From Planctomycetales bacterium (GTDB lineage: Bacteria > 4484-113 > JAFGCY01), in the NCBI GenBank assembly GCA_022646745.1, contig CP060262.1, positions 3,750,001-3,782,000 on the forward strand: a DNA stretch of 32,000 bases, given 5' to 3'. The position numbers and the translations under genes were made by a program. The number at the start of each line of letters is the position of its first letter. Positions within the stretch are counted from its first letter, which is position 1. The notes beneath the pieces were generated by a model. It was not told where the DNA came from, ran no database searches, and saw only the letters and a list, made by a program, of their open reading frames with translations. This document shows positions 29,516-32,000 of the stretch, one piece after another.

Positions 29516-32000
29516 ATGGCACTGAACCCGATCAGCTACACAGAGAAGATCGTCCGCAGTTTCCTGCGTTACCAGCTCTCCGCGTATCCCTTCACTGACG
29601 AGAAGCTGTATGCGCAGATGCGCGGCTTGCTGAACCTTGACAACGAACGCCGCACGCCGCTGCTGAAGGGTCCGTACATCACCCTGTCTCGCAGTTTCCG
29701 CGAAGGTGCAACCGTCAAGCAGATGATTGACGAGGGGATCTTCCATCCGCACATGGCGCATGTCACGCAGGGGATCACGAACCTGCGCGGACACCAGGAG
29801 CAGGCCATCCGCGCGGTGCATGCGGGCAAGGCAACGCTGGTATCCACGGGTACCGGCTCCGGCAAGACGGAATGCTTCCTGTACCCGATCATCAGCAAGT
29901 GCCTGCAGCTCAACCAGGCTGGCGAGAAACCGGGCATCAGCGCGGTGATCGTGTACCCGATGAATGCACTGGCCGAGGACCAGCTGGACCGCCTGCGCGG
30001 CCTGCTGGCTGGCAGCGGCGTGAGTTTCGGGATGTATGTCGGCAAGACGCCAGAGCATGAGCGCGAAGTAAGCGGCAAGCGCATGAAGGCGGGCAGCACC
30101 CGCGCGGACTACCTTGCTGCACTGGAGGAAGCCAGGAAGAAGGGCAAGGGCGACACGGTGCATCCGGTTGAGGAAATCTGCAGCCGAGAGATGATGCGCA
30201 CGCCCGGCAGCCAGCCGCGCATCCTGCTGACGAACGTGAAGCAGCTGGAACTGCTGCTGACTCGGCAGAAGGACATCGAGCTGTTTGACAATGCCCGGCT
30301 GGATTTCCTCGTATTCGACGAGGCACATACCTTCACCGGGATTAACGGCGCGGAGACGGCCTGCCTGATCCGCCGCCTGATGAAGTACTGCGACGGGGTG
30401 ACAGCGCACACGACCTGCATTGCCACTTCCGCAACCATCGTGGACAAGAAGAACCCCCATGCCGCAGAGCACTTTGCTGAGCGATTCTTCGGTGTACCGG
30501 CAAGTGAGGTTGCCTGCATCCATGAGGACTATGAGGCGGATGCCTGGCAGGATGAGCGCCGCAAGCCGGCGCAGCCGCAGGCGAACCTGTCCGAGCTTCT
30601 GAAGCGGACACTGACAGCAGTAGACCATGCTGATGCGGACACTGAAGTGCGCGAGGTGTACCGGCAGCTGACTGGCTGGGAACTGGCCGCAGGGGATTGG
30701 AGCGAGGCACTGTTTGATGCGCTTACAGCGAACGAACTTGCTTACCAGATTCGCCAGGCGATAGACAGGCCTCGTGCCCTGGAGAGCCTGCTGAACGAAC
30801 TCTCCGCCCGTGCTGGACACGATGTCTGCGAAGAGGAGCTGCTGATATACCTGGCCCTGGGAGCAGCAGCCTTCAAGGTTGACAGGCCCGTGTTCAGGCC
30901 GGTGGTGCATGCATTCATTCGAGGAGTGCCCGGCGCGGTTGTCAGCTTCCCTCCCGGCAGTGATGAGCCAAAGCTATATCTGAGCAGCGAAGACCAGATA
31001 AAGGAATTCGAGGGCCAGGGCAATATCTGGCGGCCACCGGTGTACGCCTGCACAACCTGCGGCCAGCATTACATGGTGAGCTGGCTGAAGGACTTCCAGT
31101 TCATCGGAGCAAGGCCGGATGGCGGCCAGCTGACTGAAGGTGGAAGCGGCTACTGGGAAGCCCAGACGGAAGAAACGGGTGGGCAGCGCGTTGTGCTCCT
31201 GGATCGCGTGATCGGCATGGATGATGACGAAGAACTCGGCGAGCATAAGCGCATGCACGAGCTTCACTTCTGCCGGCATTGCGGGTCAGCCTATGAAACA
31301 GAATCAGGCAGTTGCCAGGCCTGCTCGGCGACAGGCAGCAGGGTGAAACTGTATGCGCTGCTCAGCTCCAGGGACAACCCCGGCTACCTGAACTACTGCG
31401 TATCCTGCGGTTCCAAGGGTCGGCCCCAGACGGGCCGCTACCGTGAACCGATCCGCCCTGTGCGCGCGGTCAATGTCTCAGACGTGCATGTGCTGGCGCA
31501 GGATATGGTGCAGAACGCCCAGCGCAAGCGCCTGCTGCTGTTTGCTGACAACCGCCAGGATGCAGCATTCCAGAACGGCTGGATGAAGGACCATGCACGG
31601 CGCTTCCGCCTGCGCGGACTGATGAGCGAGGAACTGAAGAAGGGCGCAATCTCGGTCGGTGACATGGAGTCACGGCTGAATGACCTGCTGGCAGCTGACG
31701 AGGTGCTGTCGCGGGCACTGATACCGGAAGTCTGGCGGGCAGAACCCAGTGCAGGTGCAGCACATGACAACCAGAGGCGCTACTTCCTGCGCATCCAGGT
31801 GCTGCGTGAACTGACAATGGCAGCCAACCAGCAGATCGGCCTCGAACCATGGGGCCGGATGCGGGTGGACTACATCGGCCTGGACAGCAGCGGGCAGTTC
31901 TTCCAGAAGTGGGCCAACAAGCTTGGAATCCCTCCGGAGGACCTGCAGGGTGGCGTCGCAGCGGTGCTGGACCAGCGCCGCCGGCAGAGAATCCTGCACG
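29516..32000 (+). CDS. drmA: DEAH-box superfamily 2 helicase, N-terminal 828 codons. The gene continues past the window end. DISARM DrmA-like.
   Basis: Hand translation from the ATG at 29516 (MALNPISYTEKIVRSFLRYQLSAYPFTDEKL...) stays open to position 32000. It is not in the ORF track because it has no stop in the window. Motifs: Q-like GHQEQAI, motif I GTGSGKT (29849-29869), Ia VYPMNALAEDQ, motif II DEAH (30317-30328), motif III TSAT (30425-30436), and a later block LLLFADNRQDAAF. The 472-aa minus-strand ORF 29492..30910 is an antisense shadow. The drmA label comes from gene context only. Confidence 0.8.
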   Translation, partial: MALNPISYTEKIVRSFLRYQLSAYPFTDEKLYAQMRGLLNLDNERRTPLLKGPYITLSRSFREGATVKQMIDEGIFHPHMAHVTQGITNLRGHQEQAIRAVHAGKATLVSTGTGSGKTECFLYPIISKCLQLNQAGEKPGISAVIVYPMNALAEDQLDRLRGLLAGSGVSFGMYVGKTPEHEREVSGKRMKAGSTRADYLAALEEARKKGKGDTVHPVEEICSREMMRTPGSQPRILLTNVKQLELLLTRQKDIELFDNARLDFLVFDEAHTFTGINGAETACLIRRLMKYCDGVTAHTTCIATSATIVDKKNPHAAEHFAERFFGVPASEVACIHEDYEADAWQDERRKPAQPQANLSELLKRTLTAVDHADADTEVREVYRQLTGWELAAGDWSEALFDALTANELAYQIRQAIDRPRALESLLNELSARAGHDVCEEELLIYLALGAAAFKVDRPVFRPVVHAFIRGVPGAVVSFPPGSDEPKLYLSSEDQIKEFEGQGNIWRPPVYACTTCGQHYMVSWLKDFQFIGARPDGGQLTEGGSGYWEAQTEETGGQRVVLLDRVIGMDDDEELGEHKRMHELHFCRHCGSAYETESGSCQACSATGSRVKLYALLSSRDNPGYLNYCVSCGSKGRPQTGRYREPIRPVRAVNVSDVHVLAQDMVQNAQRKRLLLFADNRQDAAFQNGWMKDHARRFRLRGLMSEELKKGAISVGDMESRLNDLLAADEVLSRALIPEVWRAEPSAGAAHDNQRRYFLRIQVLRELTMAANQQIGLEPWGRMRVDYIGLDSSGQFFQKWANKLGIPPEDLQGGVAAVLDQRRRQRILH

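Noticed and set aside
20388-31999. Many long minus-strand ORFs in the high-GC half (e.g. 21320..22039, 22212..23546, 22334..23248, 25727..26470, 28556..29251, 29492..30910, 31470..31850)
   Set aside because: All lie antisense to plus-strand genes carrying unambiguous SNF2, methyltransferase or DEAH motifs. Their peptides are Arg/Ala/Ser/Leu-rich with no motifs, which is the usual stop-codon-poor antisense artefact of GC-rich coding DNA.

Overview
Bacterial DNA with two compositional halves. No database search was possible, so every family call rests on motifs read by eye. Hand counts on sample 60-nt lines give about 33-50% GC for positions 1 to ~20.35 kb and about 57-70% GC for 20.4-32 kb.

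Low-GC half (looks like host or accessory chromosome):
- A tightly packed minus-strand operon: a TPR protein plus two unassignable proteins. The last runs off the window start and is missing from the ORF track.
- A three-gene plus-strand cluster: a heme-oxygenase-like diiron enzyme, a LuxI/FeeM-like N-acyl synthase GNAT, and a cytochrome b5-like protein.
- A secreted lipoprotein with 4 FN3 repeats.
- A TlpA/ResA-like thioredoxin-fold gene that the ORF track splits at an in-frame TGA. The TGA sits exactly at the first Cys of the CxxC motif (W-U-A-P-C), and a GC hairpin lies 11 nt downstream. I read this as a selenoprotein.
- An ECF-type sigma factor heading a ~10 kb minus-strand cluster: a single-pass 863-aa membrane protein and two giant dockerin-bearing lipoproteins. 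One has PKD x4 plus a BNR/Asp-box propeller. The other has four near-identical 258-bp tandem repeats encoding CarboxypepD_reg-like domains.

High-GC half (looks horizontally acquired):
- It encodes an SNF2 helicase (1094 aa) whose stop overlaps the start of a 1782-aa gamma-class N6-adenine methyltransferase, then a DEAH helicase that runs off the window end and is also missing from the ORF track.
- This gene order matches class 1 DISARM (drmD-drmMI-drmA). The expected drmB (DUF1998) and drmC (PLD) would lie beyond the window.
- Unusual features: a 463-bp cassette flanked by inverted repeats carries a GxxExxY (PD-(D/E)XK) gene and is inserted between methylase and helicase. A third, solo copy of the same CACAGAGG-triplet repeat is absorbed in frame into the methylase. 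A 660-bp patch of 46% GC sits inside the methylase C-terminal region. The methylase also has an acidic low-complexity insert, and four CxxC pairs are inserted in the helicase core.

I found no rRNA, tRNA, CRISPR array, integrase or transposase.
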